From: Tubulanus polymorphus
Taxonomy: Eukaryota; Animalia; Nemertea
NCBI RefSeq assembly: GCF_964204645.1
Contig: NC_134031.1
Span: 6,572,001 to 6,636,000, forward strand
Reading direction: 5' to 3'
DNA: 64,000 nt
Every line of letters begins with the position of its first letter. Within the stretch, counting starts at the first letter, position 1. The position numbers were made by a program, and so were the translations under genes. Under the pieces are notes generated by a model. That model was not told the DNA's origin, did not search any database, and worked only from the letters and a program-made list of their open reading frames with translations. Below, piece after piece: positions 39,910 to 52,396 of the stretch.

Positions 39910-41515
39910 GTTGAAGGCGAAATCGGACTTGTAGAATAAATTTTGAACATGCTTCGATCAGATTTCCGCGTTACTTCCTGATATGTAACGACGAAAAACC
40001 GACACGGCAATTCCAATGTTTAGGGGCCATCTCAACAAGTTACAGTCGAACCTCGTTAAATACCGCGATGAATGGAAAGAGATTTCTTCAAACGCACACT
40101 GGCAAACTATCCATTTTGTGAAAAAAATCATTACAATCTAGAACAAGGCTCTGGCCGCATCAACACTAAGAATCTATTTCAAAAACTCACTAATGGGTCT
40201 AGTTAGTTACCTAATCGTTGGTGGTAAGCTTTTTATATTCGGATGGGCTTATACCAATGGTTTGTGAAAATATCCGATCGTGAAACTAAACCACAGTCAG
40301 GTTACTGACTATAGAATGATCATTCTCTCAAAAGCTTTGTAAGAAGTCCCCGGCTGCTGCATCCCCTATCAAAATCTCCTCTTCAGGAATTAGCACACAT
40401 ACACGTGGTGTTTTTTTATTTCACTAATAAATTTTCTCTTGGCAGAATAAAGTTCATCACCTGAATTTACAGCTCATTAGACCTGGTTCAAAGTTCACCT
40501 CGAACATAGATCCTCCTCACACGCAGCCTAACGATTCTGCAAACAAGTGAGACGAAAGCTGTGAGCTTCAATCTGAAACAGATCTTTTGAAACAGCTGTG
40601 AACAATAGATACTTAGGAATTCACTGAAGATTTGCAAATGATGGACATTGCTTTAGATCCTCGAAACAACACGCGCCCCGAAGAATTTTGGTTTCGGAGA
40701 AAGGTAACTAAAAGGGCACAAGTGCGCCATAAAAAAATAATTGCTTCCGCCTAAACCATGTGAATGCAGGATCCGATCTAAGGAATGAAAACCACAAGCA
40801 TAGTGAAATTTCACATTTAATATGCATTTAATCTGAAATTTCACTTGCCATTCAAAAATTGACTTGCCCTATATACAGACAGAGTCCAACTGTCAGCACG
40901 AACACCTATTATTGTATCCATTGGGAAAAAAGCTTTGAGATATAAATATATATGCACTAGCCCGGCAGGATAATGAAATTCAATTCAATATTTATTCCAG
41001 CATCAACATTTAAAAAAACATTGTTTGCAACTGATACAGTTTCGGTAAAATCATGTATATACATAATAGGAAATAAACAAGCAATAAAATGAGGCATAAT
41101 TAACACTAATTACAGATGAAGAAAAACATAATTGAAAATATAAAAAACATTAATCGAATGATCACCTACTTGTTCCGGGCAATCAGACATGTGCTTAGAT
41201 CAGACCCTGGAACGAAAATACATTCCCCAAAATTAAAAAAGGCAATATGAGGCACTCTCCTTTGTTCTAAAGGGTGCATTTCTATTTAAAAAAAAAAATT
41301 TTTATGTTATAAGTTTGCTTGAAAAGGGCAAATCTTGCCAAAATCTTTAAAAGGCACGAGCAAATTGAATATGAAATAATTGCGTGGGTCTTCGCCTTTT
41401 TTAAGTTGATGCCCTTTTCATTTCACTGGCAGTCGTAGAATGGCCCTGGATCCGCCCCTGCGGTTTCACAAGTATGCGATTAATTCATCAATTTAAGATA
41501 AGGGCAACGCCATGG

Positions 41516-42841
41516 TTGGTTCGGCAAACATAATCCTCTTGTCTCTGACAAAAATAACTTACATATGGATTTTAATTTCTAGATTTCAAGAGTTAAACCT
41601 ATTTGTGAAACTGGACCCTGGTATGCGAGGGTTTTAATAAGTCTTTCTATGGAATGCGAAGGTTTTGATTCACCCAGCGCCGCTCGGGTTCAGTAGCTAT
41701 AATCGATCTAATCTAAATGGCTCACAAAATGTTGCAGCCTCAGTGCCCTATCCTCGCTTGCCAGAGGTCCGGTATCGCTCCCGATCTTGCTTCAACAATT
41801 GGCTTTCCCTTCCCTGACGTTGAAGATGGGCCGTTCGTTCGTTCGTTCGTTCGTTCGTTCGTTCGTTCGTTCGTTCGTTCGTTCGTTCGTTCGTTCGTTC
41901 GTTCGTTCGTTCGTTCGTTCGTTCGTTCGTTCGTTCGTTCGTTCGTTCGTTCGTTCGTTCGTTCGTTCGTTCGTTCGTTCGTTCGTTCGTTCGTTCGTTC
42001 GTTCGTTCGTTCGTTCGTTCGTTCGTTCGTTCGTTCGTTCGTTCGTTCGTTCGTTCGTTCGTTCGTTCGTTCGTTCGTTCGTTCGTTCGTTCGTTCGTTC
42101 GTTCGTTCGTTCGTTCGTTCGTTCGTTCGTTCGTTCGTTCGTTCGTTCGTTCGTTCGTTCGTTCGTTCGTTCGTTCGTTCGTTCGTTCGTTCGTTCGTTC
42201 GTTCGTTCGTTCGTTCGTTCGTTCGTTCGTTCGTTCGTTCGTTCGTTCGTTCGTTCGTTCGTTCGTTCGTTCGTTCGTTCGTTCGTTCGTTCGTTCGTGG
42301 TGTTTTTTTTGGTTCGGCAAACATAATCCTCTTGTCTCTGACAAAAATAACTTACATATGGATTTTAATTTCTAGATTTCAAGAGTTAAACCTATTTGTG
42401 AAACTGGACCCTGGTATGCGAGGGTTTTAATAAGTCTTTCTATGGAATGCGAAGGTTTTGATTCACCCAGCGCCGCTCGGGTTCAGTAGCTATAATCGAT
42501 CTAATCTAAATTGCTCACAAAATGTTGCAGCCTTAGTGCCCTATCCTCGCTTGCCAGAGGTCCGGTATCGCTCCCGATCTTGCTTCAACAATTGGCCTGC
42601 CCTTCCCTGACGTTGAAGATGGGCCGTTCGTTCGTTCGTACGTTCGTTCGTTCGTTCGTTCGTTCGTTCGTTCGTTCGTTAGTTCGATCGTTCGTTCGTT
42701 CGTTCGTTCGTTCGTTCGTTCGTTCGTTCGTTCGTTCGTTCGTTCGTTCGTTCGTTCGTTCGTTCGTTCGTTCGTTCGTTCGTTCGTTCGTTCGTTCGTT
42801 CGTTCGTTCGTTCGTTCGTTCGTTCGTTCGTTCGTTCGTTC
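41516..42841 (+). repeat. Tandem duplication of a ~315-bp unit, each copy followed by a (CGTT)n microsatellite
   Basis: 41516-41831 matches 42310-42624; pure tetranucleotide arrays at 41832-42297 and 42625-42841. Confidence 0.95.
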
Positions 42842-43816
42842 ATCAGCCCAAAAACTGGCCCGATCAGAGTGAAGGTAGAGAGCAAGGGACACTTTGAAGA
42901 CGCTTGATGTATTTCTTTGATGTTTCATTGGCATACATGTATGTATCGAAGCTTAATTCGGCTGAAAATAGTATGTCTAAGATCCGGTGTTTTGCAACAC
43001 TAGACATAGTTATTTGTTTAATTATGGGTTATTTTGACCAATTATCATCAAATAGTTTTCGTGCTGGAATTCGTTATTCAACGTTTTGGGATATTTGTCT
43101 CTATTTGAGCTAAGAAAAAGTACACATTACCGATGCTTTACTGGAGAGGCTTATCCAAGGACAGTGCAACTCCAGCGGATGAGCTTGTTGTTGAAAAACA
43201 TTATATTTTGAGTCAACGAGTTGCAATTATTGCAGCTAAATGTTCTTTCCAATTCTCAAACAATATTTCTTTTCATACAATATTTCTTATATTGTTCATT
43301 TAGGAAGCTTTGATTTTATTGTAATTTGACTACTAATAAATATTCGAAAAAAATACTTCAATTAACTCGGTTCTTCTTTGAAATAAGGATTCCTATTTCC
43401 ATGAAGTTCTCGGCGGAAAACACCCGACACGTATGTCTTATAGATATCAACGCTAATGAATTAGTCAAGATTTCAGTGCATTTAAAGGCACTGAAAAGAG
43501 TAATATTAAAGAAGTCACTCAGAAAAAAAAATTGACGTTGAGGGAAAATCCCACAATAAATGAATTGATCTGAAAAGTTTATTCAAATAACCGAAAAATT
43601 TCGCGTGGTTGCTACCACCCTTCTTCATCCTAAAATGACTTTCCAAATGAGTACACAGTATGTATGTATATAAATATATATGTTTCTAATAAATATTTCT
43701 AACATATTATGATGCTCAACTGATTCAAAAATTGACGTTCTTTTTCAGAAGGGCACTGGAAAATTCCATAGAGAGTTCGTACTTTTTGTGCTCCCGAGTT
43801 CAATGTTCGTCTTAAT

Positions 43817-44785
43817 TCATTCGCACTTAACCGTATCATCGATAGGGGCATCTCGCGATCCTACCGAATACCTCCATATACTTAAATTCCTACTGCCCAC
43901 TTTTAGCGTCTCCGTCATAATTCCCGCTCGACAAGTGCGCGTGACGAACGCAATGTGATCGTGAAGAATTGCACAATCTACGTCCGTAACATTTTCGAAT
44001 TTCCAAGTTCTATGAGACCGATGTAGAGAAGTGCATTTCTTGTTAACGTCACCGTATCGATCGATCATAACCTTTTTCCACTGGCGAGGGGCTGGCAACA
44101 TAAATTCCATAAATGGCACCCTAATAAGCGGGAAGATTTCGTCATAGCCTCGTCTAATCCACGGTAGGTAAGTCGAATCTTGCATGTAGGTTCCATTGTG
44201 CGAATAAGGCCACATATCAACAAAAGGCCATCTCGATTCTTTAAGGGATATCTTCCACGGACGTCTGTCGGGCTGTTTGAGAAACATACCGGCTACCTGA
44301 GGATCCTGTTCTGCGAATATCTTCCGAATTTTTTCCAGATCAGTCACCGCTACCTGCACGTCGAAATCGTCATCCCACGGAATAGGGCCGTGGTGACGAT
44401 ACGCGCCGATGAGAGTTCCCGAAAAAATGAAATAGCTTACGTTCAATCTTCGCATCAAAGCGTCGAATTGTCTTATGAGCAACTTGTACCTAGATTTCTC
44501 TTCGGCTGAAAACTTCGCAAGAACGAATTTCTCGAAGATAACACTTGACAGATTAGCCACAACGCCCACGTTACCGGTCTTATTATCATTAGTGAATTCG
44601 AAGTAACTATTTACCAAATTGTTCGCATTTTCCGCTAGGTGGATCTTCTTAGATTCGTCGAAACTTTCGCTCTGTCGCCGAAACACAGAACAGGTATCTA
44701 GATTCCGAATGTTTCCACTTTGGAATGTTAATAAGACCAAAAAGATCAACACGCCTAGCAAGCACCAGTATTTCAGCGAAGCCAT
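43817..44785 (-). CDS. LicD/fukutin-family phosphotransferase, type II membrane protein, single coding exon (322 aa from ATG 44785)
   Basis: SGTLIGAYRHHGPIPWDDDFDV LicD signature, WPFVDMW, YG...C; N-terminal hydrophobic anchor WCLLGVLIFLVLLTF. Confidence 0.88.
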   Translation of the reverse strand: MASLKYWCLLGVLIFLVLLTFQSGNIRNLDTCSVFRRQSESFDESKKIHLAENANNLVNSYFEFTNDNKTGNVGVVANLSSVIFEKFVLAKFSAEEKSRYKLLIRQFDALMRRLNVSYFIFSGTLIGAYRHHGPIPWDDDFDVQVAVTDLEKIRKIFAEQDPQVAGMFLKQPDRRPWKISLKESRWPFVDMWPYSHNGTYMQDSTYLPWIRRGYDEIFPLIRVPFMEFMLPAPRQWKKVMIDRYGDVNKKCTSLHRSHRTWKFENVTDVDCAILHDHIAFVTRTCRAGIMTETLKVGSRNLSIWRYSVGSRDAPIDDTVKCE

Positions 44786-47129
44786 GCCGTTGAGTGCGCG
44801 GTCCACTTACGAATATGCAATTTGTAGTATTGATTATTTTATGTTTTTTTAACTAATTGCGCGCATACAACAGCTGCATATTGGAATGTATAAAACAACT
44901 GCTCAAAAACATGGTGGCACGCACAATATCTATCCAAGCGCCAGTTCAATGAGTCAATTAATATTCCTTTTTTTAAAGATCATATTTTCATCGCCGTAAA
45001 AAAGCGTTACAATATATTGTATTTAAACATCGATGCGGTGTACTGTGCGATTCGATGCATACGTCATCAATATTGGTTTTTAAATATCACAATAACAATT
45101 TAGAATTTTGTGACTCTTACTTTCTATTTGATGAATTGATTAATTTGTGATCTGTGTTATTTGTTCAAGGCATCAATAAACTTTCAAGATTGTACCATCC
45201 TCGCTTGCCAGAATTTGACGGCTTCCAGTCCGTATCGAGCCAGTCAGACACGTTGTTTTGCACCGGCAGATTCGCTACGCATTAGACTGATTGCCGGTCT
45301 CTACCTTCGGGTCAACTTCGGTTTTCGTAGCTAGTCGACTAGTGGTGGTCGGAACTAATAACCGAACACACTAACGTATTTCACAGTGTTTCGGCCATCT
45401 TGAACCTAGGTCCGAACTGTAGCGACCGTGCTTCGTGGTCGACCATTTCCGGACGATAGTTCCGACTAACGGACATTCGGTTTCGTTTAGCTTGACTATA
45501 ATCGACTAACTCCGATAACGAAGGTGGCCCGACTGCGAATGCAGGTGGCGCAGAATTAGACAGGCGACCAGTCTAGCTACGCATCTGAGTGGTTGGTATA
45601 TAGACTGGTGGCCACTTAGCGGCAACCTGTCCGCCCAAGACATCATGGGCAATGTATTAGACCAATGAAGGGTTTGCAGACAGGGTTTGTGTTTGGCGCG
45701 AGCTTCGGTGGGCGGAAATCAAACCCTGGCAATCGAGGTCGGATTATAACTGCTTATTCGATATCTGATTTAACGACCAGAGTTTTTGTTCTCATCCGGT
45801 TGTCGATTCGGATTTCAAACTCAACGGCGCAACCTATTACATTTTACTAGAGAACAAATCATACGGTGTTACCACGAACAGCAAACGAACGTAACAATAA
45901 GGGATCAAAGCGATCGAGCAAAAAAAATTAACAGATTCTATTGAACTTTGGTAATTGAATCTATAAACAACTGCTTGTCAATTATAAAATAGCTGGTACA
46001 CGTGTTCTATAGTTGTATGAAGTATTTATTCCTCAGCGAAACAGATGTACTGCTAATTTGGTATTTCACCATATTGCAGGTTCGCACTGATGAATTATTT
46101 CTTAAACTAGCAAAATACAGTTTACCGTTGGAATCCATAGATAGTGCTGGGGCCATTATTTTTACCGGTATTTCAGGATACACTGTATGATGTTTGTTGT
46201 TTTATGAACAGTCGAACCTCGTAATAGTACGATGCCCGAGAAAATGGAAAATCCGAATTTCGTATTAACCATTTGACAAAAAAAGATTCCATAATTACCT
46301 CAAGTCAAGAGATACACACCATAGACAAGTTTATTGCATGTAGGAGAGATGGTTTTCATTAAAATCTTATTTTAGTTTTGTTAATATGGGGTTCGGGGAA
46401 CGGCTTAAGCGTAGTGGGTTCGAATCCCTTGACGGATGAAGAGGGACAGGGAGATGTCCTGTTGATACCACGCTAGCAATAACGAGCCGGAAGCCAATGA
46501 AATAGGTCAAACTAAGTCGGATTAGTTCTCTAAAGATTCAATTTATTCAAGATACATTTGTTGATCGGTGTTATCATTTTGATATTGATTATCATTCAAT
46601 TGCACCGTATTTACGTGGATCATTTTCTAATTTTGAATCAGATTTATTTCCGTTGTGCATATTTCATCATGGCTGATTTAAGGGTTCTGTGAAGACAATT
46701 TCACCGCCCGTCACGCCTTTGTCAAACAACTCAATCAATCGCGGAAGCCTTATATGCTCCTGAAATAGACGCGCGCGAACATTTTATTAGAAATTATTTA
46801 TTTTGTACAAATATCGCCGTCAGTTGTATACATCCCATCAATGGTCCGACTTGTCGTCGCTGTTCGGTGCAGAAGGGTTTCACGCGACGAATCAAATCAA
46901 ATATTTTCAAGGAAACCACTTCGCCTTTCAAAACTTCTTTAGTTATTCTACCATCTCTTCCTCCTGTTCGATTAAGTGCGAGGTATTCTAAGCAGTTATT
47001 AGATTTTCACGGCAGAAGTGAGATGGAGATAATTTTTATTTTCAAATGGAAAATTTAAGACCAGTCTACATAATCAAATATCTTGTACTACCTGAATCAG
47101 TTAGCAATCACAAAATCCGTGATAAGACT

Positions 47130-47338
47130 CGATGAGTAAAAAATCCCACAATATTTGAACGAATCTAAAAAGTTTATTTGAAAATTAGAAATATTTCGGG
47201 TGGTTGCAGCCATCCTTCTTCATTCTAAAATGACTGAATTTTAGACTGAAGAAGGGTGGTAGCAACCACTCGAAATATCTCTAATTTCTAAATAAATTTT
47301 TTAGATTCGTTCACATATCGTGGGATTTTTTACTCATC
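47130..47338. mobile_element. Penelope-like palindromic remnant
   Basis: ~100-bp inverted arms gatgagtaaaaaatcccac.../...gtgggattttttactcatc; a single-arm copy lies at ~43545-43640. Confidence 0.7.
47241..47284 (+). ncRNA. Minimal type I hammerhead ribozyme motif
   Basis: TTAGA-CTGAAGA-a-gggtgg(tagcaa)ccactc-GAAA-TA-TC-TCTAA: core, stem II, stem I TTAGA/TCTAA. Confidence 0.65.
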
Positions 47339-49757
47339 TTGTACCACCTGGTCCCTCGTATTTATACGAAAATGTGACAAGTTTGCAACATTCCGTGTAC
47401 GTAAAATTCATATCTATAAGCGGAATTGGGTCATATCGGAATGTAGAAGATACTATCCTTTGCTTGGTCGACATGAAATCTGTCTTTTCCGTTTTGCGAC
47501 CTTTAGATAGATAAAACACATGGTGAACGTACATTTCGGATTCGTCGTTCGATCAATTGCCTAGACATGTACGTCCAATAAACGAGATGGAACGTACGTA
47601 CAAGTATGATTTCAAGTTATTTCAGAAAATATAACAGAAAGCTTGCATATATTTTTACCAAAAAATATTTTTCAACAGTCGAGGTCTCTCCAGTTTCTAT
47701 GTAAAATATTGGCAAGATGTTTTTCTCAAAACTTACGCAAGAAGCATCGTTTCCGGTCATTGGACATAAAATCATGTTCCGGTATTGATGCTTATTTCAG
47801 GTTTGACATTTCCCACTGGGTTGACCCTCGTGCTCAATGTTTAAGACACCCTGTAAAATTGAAGATTCACCCCACACTCAAGTCTACAATTGGCTCTGTA
47901 AACAGCAGGGCGTCTCACCAACAGTAACACCAAGGCTTCGTTTATTTTGCTGCTAAGGAATGCGCCATCCGTAATCCGTAACCAAGATCTAACGATTTTT
48001 GTCTTCAATAGTATAAATCAATAGCAATTCATATGTAAGTAAGATTAGAAATTGTTACCGCTTTCAGATCTGCAAATACGTCCAGTATGATTTGGTTGGA
48101 ATATGAACCCTTAGCCTGTTAAAATTGAACTGTGGCAAGATCCACCCGGACGCGCCATCTATAGGCGTCCGTGAATATCCTATAAATGAACATATCTCTT
48201 TCAGATACCCGTTTATTATTCCAAGTATTATTCCAGGTATCAATTACGTGTATTTAATCTTTCTGTTCGTAAAAAATCTGGCAGATATTCTGCAAATTCC
48301 GACAGAGTTTTTATATGTAATTTGACTTCATTCGTGAATAGGATTTATTATAGACAACAGAGTTAAGCGTATAGCTTTATGATTTGTATTTCGAAAATAT
48401 AATTTGTAATTATTTGGTACATAATAACATTAATGTTTTTACATATTCGTTACCCTCCGTATAGTTTGATTTCAGGATTTTTTGCCGTAGGTAGATTCTT
48501 CAAAGTAACTTCGGTAAGCGCTTTCGGGAAGCTTCATTTTTCTCAACTAGATTTATAGATATTGTAATAATGTAGAAACCAAAACCACGTCGTTTAAGTT
48601 TTGATTCGAACTATCTACATGTTTGAAATAGAGCTTCAAATTCTCGTGATACGGATAAACTTACCTCGCACTCGTTCCGTGGCAAATTCAGCTCTATATG
48701 TCCACAGTATTTTGTTTACTTATTGTTTCATCCCAAAACAATTTGCCAAAATGATGATGTATAATCACTCGATTGGCTAGTAAAATATATGCAGGGTGAA
48801 ACCATTACTGGGCAATTGCTCAGGTATTTTGATTAACCTTGACGTTGGTATGAATCCACATGCCAATTGATTTTTACCCATGTGTCGTTTCCATGATTTT
48901 TTTCATGATTTCAATCATTTTTAAAGCAAGAAAACGTGCTCTCCAGCTTTACGCTAATTTCTCGACCCTCGGGGCCCAAGTCCGATATGTACGGCATTTA
49001 GAGTCTAGAGTTGCTTTTTAAGTAAAAATCGGTGTAGACACCCATGATTGCACTGCCGGTTGACAGTACCCCTTTGCTGGTAACACTGACCGAAGAACGC
49101 AGGGTAACTCTACACCCGTACTATCATGCCATATACTCGATTTTAGCACCGACTCGAACATGTTCAAAGAAACCATCTTCGCCTTTCAGAAGACTTCATC
49201 CTATACCATCATATCCTATGAGTTTATACAGTATTCAGGGATGTTTCATAGACTGGAGAGAGGCTACAGTAATAGAGGTACAGTCCGAACTGCGTTCACC
49301 TCGAATGATACCAGTCTTACCTGGTTTTTCAAATCTAAAGAAAAATTGCTCAATTATTTCGCACCATTTTGAATATAACGTCAATTGAATTGTAGACCGT
49401 GATAGTTTGAAGCGGATGTTGGAAGATACAATCTGTTGTTTCGTTTAAATTAAATCATCTTTCTTCGTCATTCACCCTACCGTAAAATTTTGACGAGAAA
49501 GTGTCACTGCTTATCAAGGTGCATATGCCTTAAGGTCGTTTGTAACTGTGATTTGAATAGGTCTGTTGACGGGGATAAGCGAAGGTTTAATGTGACTCCG
49601 AAACGAACGAGTCCTTCCTTGTCTTGACTGAAATTTGAAAAGACTTGCATGTTTTCAAGATTCCTCTTATCGGTCGGTCTCCTCTTGCCGAGTTGCGTTG
49701 GGTCATGAGATTATGATTTTCCATAGAGAAAATTGCTACGAACTCTACAGCTCTACC

Positions 49758-51949
49758 AGATATCAAGTTTTCCGCAGGTGCAAATTCGGGAGATCGATTC
49801 TGAACTACGCTTGAAACTGTTTTACGTGTATGTTCTACGCTGATCTATAATCATTTCATATATGTGCTTTATACTCATTCGAAACATCCCCACTCTACTA
49901 AGATGGTTTATACGTTCATGCATACTACTGATATCTGCTAAAATATCCGCACATCCTGGTAAAACAGAATTTATGAAAGTCTTTTATCGGTATCAAGAAG
50001 GTCCTTCATTTTGTATATGGGGTTGAATAAATATATTTTCAATAGATATACGTAGATATATACCCATCTCTACAAAAAGTAAATCCTTCTCAATGCTTTG
50101 GTTTTAATTTCCATTCTATATTTGCTCAAGTTATTTTCCCTTGCACCAATCTGATATAATAACATTCTCATGTAATCTATTTCACGAAACGGGGCCGAAA
50201 TAATTGCATACCAGCTTGTCGGAAATGCGGATTCGTAACGCTATAGACAACGAAATTAGCGCACGAATCCACCACGGTCATAAGAATGCCGATTTTTCGG
50301 AAAACCATATTAAACCTGTAATTGCTAATTTGTATTCCATTCCCTAAAAGTCGATCAATAAGAAAAATGGATTCGCAGACGATAAAAACGGATACGACTG
50401 CGATAACCATCCGCATTACGCGCTGTTCTTTCGTGCCCGATTCTCTCCGGTTGTTCAACTTTGATGACATTTTACTGCGTTTCCTCCTCTTGATGATTAA
50501 ACTAATAATCAATGCCGCATTTGTTATGCATAATGATGTGAGTGGAACCATAACAGCTATAATGTATTCAGTCCACTTAAAGATTTTCTGACTCCAATTG
50601 AATAGGAAGCGGCGGACCTTCAGACTCTTAATGAGTGGAACCCCTCTGTTTACTGAAATACTTGGTCCGTTTTCACCACATGGCTTAATGAAGATAAAGC
50701 GCCCCCTGGGAACATATTGGGGTATATACATCGTTAACGCGAAAAGATGTATGAAAATCAATATAGAATTGACGACTTTTCTTGACCAAAATATCCGGGA
50801 TTTCAGCGGAAACATAACGATCATCAACCGTTCAAAACTCAACAACATTACACACCAGTTACGAGTCAGAAGGAATATGTAATAGCCCCCGTTGGAAACC
50901 TTGATGAAAGCTTTTCCAAATGCCCAGTCGTCCATTCGAAAAACAATGTCGCCTAAAAGCCGATAAACATGAGCCGTTCTCGCAGGGTACATGATGAAAA
51001 CAAACAGCGAGTAGAGCATATCATTGATAGACACGGCTTTAATCAGATAATATGAGCGGTTTCTCATTTTGTCCAAAATGATAATAGTAAAAGCATTTGA
51101 AACTATGCTTATGATTGCTGCCGGTGCATAGAAATAGATGTAAATGTAGACGCTGAACTGATATAACGACCGGATAGGTTTCAATCGCCATTTGTCACAG
51201 TCGGTAAGTTGGATCAGGCTCGGCGTCTTATTTTGCATTTCTATCACGGCTTCGTGCGAGAGTGAACGCGGTGTCTGCATTGAAAGATCTACTCGGTATA
51301 TGGATGAAGGAGGCTGTCACCAGTGCGCGATACGAACCAATCACTATTCTAAACTTTAACATCAATCACTCCGACTAGAGCAAATTGACATCATCGCTCG
51401 TAGTTCATTCAGATCATCGAATAAATCTACATCTTTAATGATCCAAACCATTAAGCAAACTGCGAGAAGTAGGAACTTCCAATCGTAAACCATTTGACTT
51501 GCAAATTTCGGTTTATTTTATTTCGGTTTCTCGATTACCATGGCAACCTTTCGTAGATATTTCAAAGAGAATTCAAAACATATCTGGTTTTTCTCGCGCG
51601 GGAAAACCAAAATGTTTTGAATTCTCGCGCGAGAGAACCAAAAATGGGCCATTGCGAAAATTCTTTATCGTTGACGGGAGATTTCTAATACGGCCCGAAT
51701 CAGCCACCATACCTCAGGGGCTCCGTACTTGGGTTATAAACTTTATCACGTATCACCACAATGGGTAAAGAATACGGGGGAAGTGTGGACCAAGCAAAAT
51801 CTGGTAAAATGTGTCAGCCGTGGAATTCTCAATCACCTCATCAACATGCCCACTACGATATGCTCCCCGACCGAGAAACAGCTTCGAATTACTGCAGGAA
51901 TCCGGATGACGAACCTGAAGGACCCTGGTGTTATACTATGGACCCCTAT
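49758..51949. repeat. Segmental duplication copy 1 (GPCR plus kringle); paralogue at ~60457-63318
   Basis: Colinear high identity; copy 2 has an extra ~190-bp internal duplication (60484-60860) and a ~490-bp insertion (61029-61520). Confidence 0.9.
50177..51280 (-). CDS. Intronless class A GPCR, FMRFamide/peptide-receptor-like (possible chemoreceptor)
   Basis: Seven hydrophobic segments; SN (TM1), AVSIND (TM2), SFERL (TM3), VFIVCE (TM6), DSCANFVVY...FR (TM7/H8). Confidence 0.88.
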   Translation of the reverse strand: MQTPRSLSHEAVIEMQNKTPSLIQLTDCDKWRLKPIRSLYQFSVYIYIYFYAPAAIISIVSNAFTIIILDKMRNRSYYLIKAVSINDMLYSLFVFIMYPARTAHVYRLLGDIVFRMDDWAFGKAFIKVSNGGYYIFLLTRNWCVMLLSFERLMIVMFPLKSRIFWSRKVVNSILIFIHLFALTMYIPQYVPRGRFIFIKPCGENGPSISVNRGVPLIKSLKVRRFLFNWSQKIFKWTEYIIAVMVPLTSLCITNAALIISLIIKRRKRSKMSSKLNNRRESGTKEQRVMRMVIAVVSVFIVCESIFLIDRLLGNGIQISNYRFNMVFRKIGILMTVVDSCANFVVYSVTNPHFRQAGMQLFRPRFVK

Positions 51950-52121
51950 TCAAGTAGAAATTATTATTATTTTCATATTTTTCATTTTTTTACTCACTCG
52001 CCCTTTCAACCTTTTACCTGAACCCCTATTTCCCCTATTACTCTTAAAATATTCATATATATGAATAACATATAAATGAATAACTTCTAAAATCAATTTA
52101 AAAAAAAAATTTAGTATTAAA

Positions 52122-52388
52122 ATGGAAGCAAATAAGTACTACTGTTCAACATGTAGAATCAATATAAATAAATCTCAAAAAGCAAGACACAATAAAACTA
52201 AAATACATTTAGAGAATAAATTGAAATTAGAATATAAAGATGATATATTAGAAACTAAATTAGATGAATTAAAGAATGAAAAAGAAACATACAAATGTGA
52301 TACATGTAATCAATCATTCAGTGATAAAAGATATTATAAAGAACATTTAAAATCTAAAAGTCATATTAGAAATAAGAATAATGAGTGA
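52122..52388 (+). CDS. 88-aa protein with two C2H2 (H-X5-H, matrin/JAZ-like) zinc fingers, in the left TIR
   Basis: CSTC-X11-HNKTKIH and CDTC-X12-HLKSKSH; homologues at 55694-55960 and 63890-64000. Confidence 0.7.
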   Translation: MEANKYYCSTCRININKSQKARHNKTKIHLENKLKLEYKDDILETKLDELKNEKETYKCDTCNQSFSDKRYYKEHLKSKSHIRNKNNE

Positions 52389-52396
52389 AATAATAT

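Noticed and set aside
41717-42934. Long ORFs with (FVRS)n/(TNER)n
   Set aside because: Stop-free (CGTT)n microsatellite, not protein coding
50322-50882. Plus-strand ORFs conserved in both duplicates (also 61689-62249)
   Set aside because: Antisense shadows of the GPCR coding sequence
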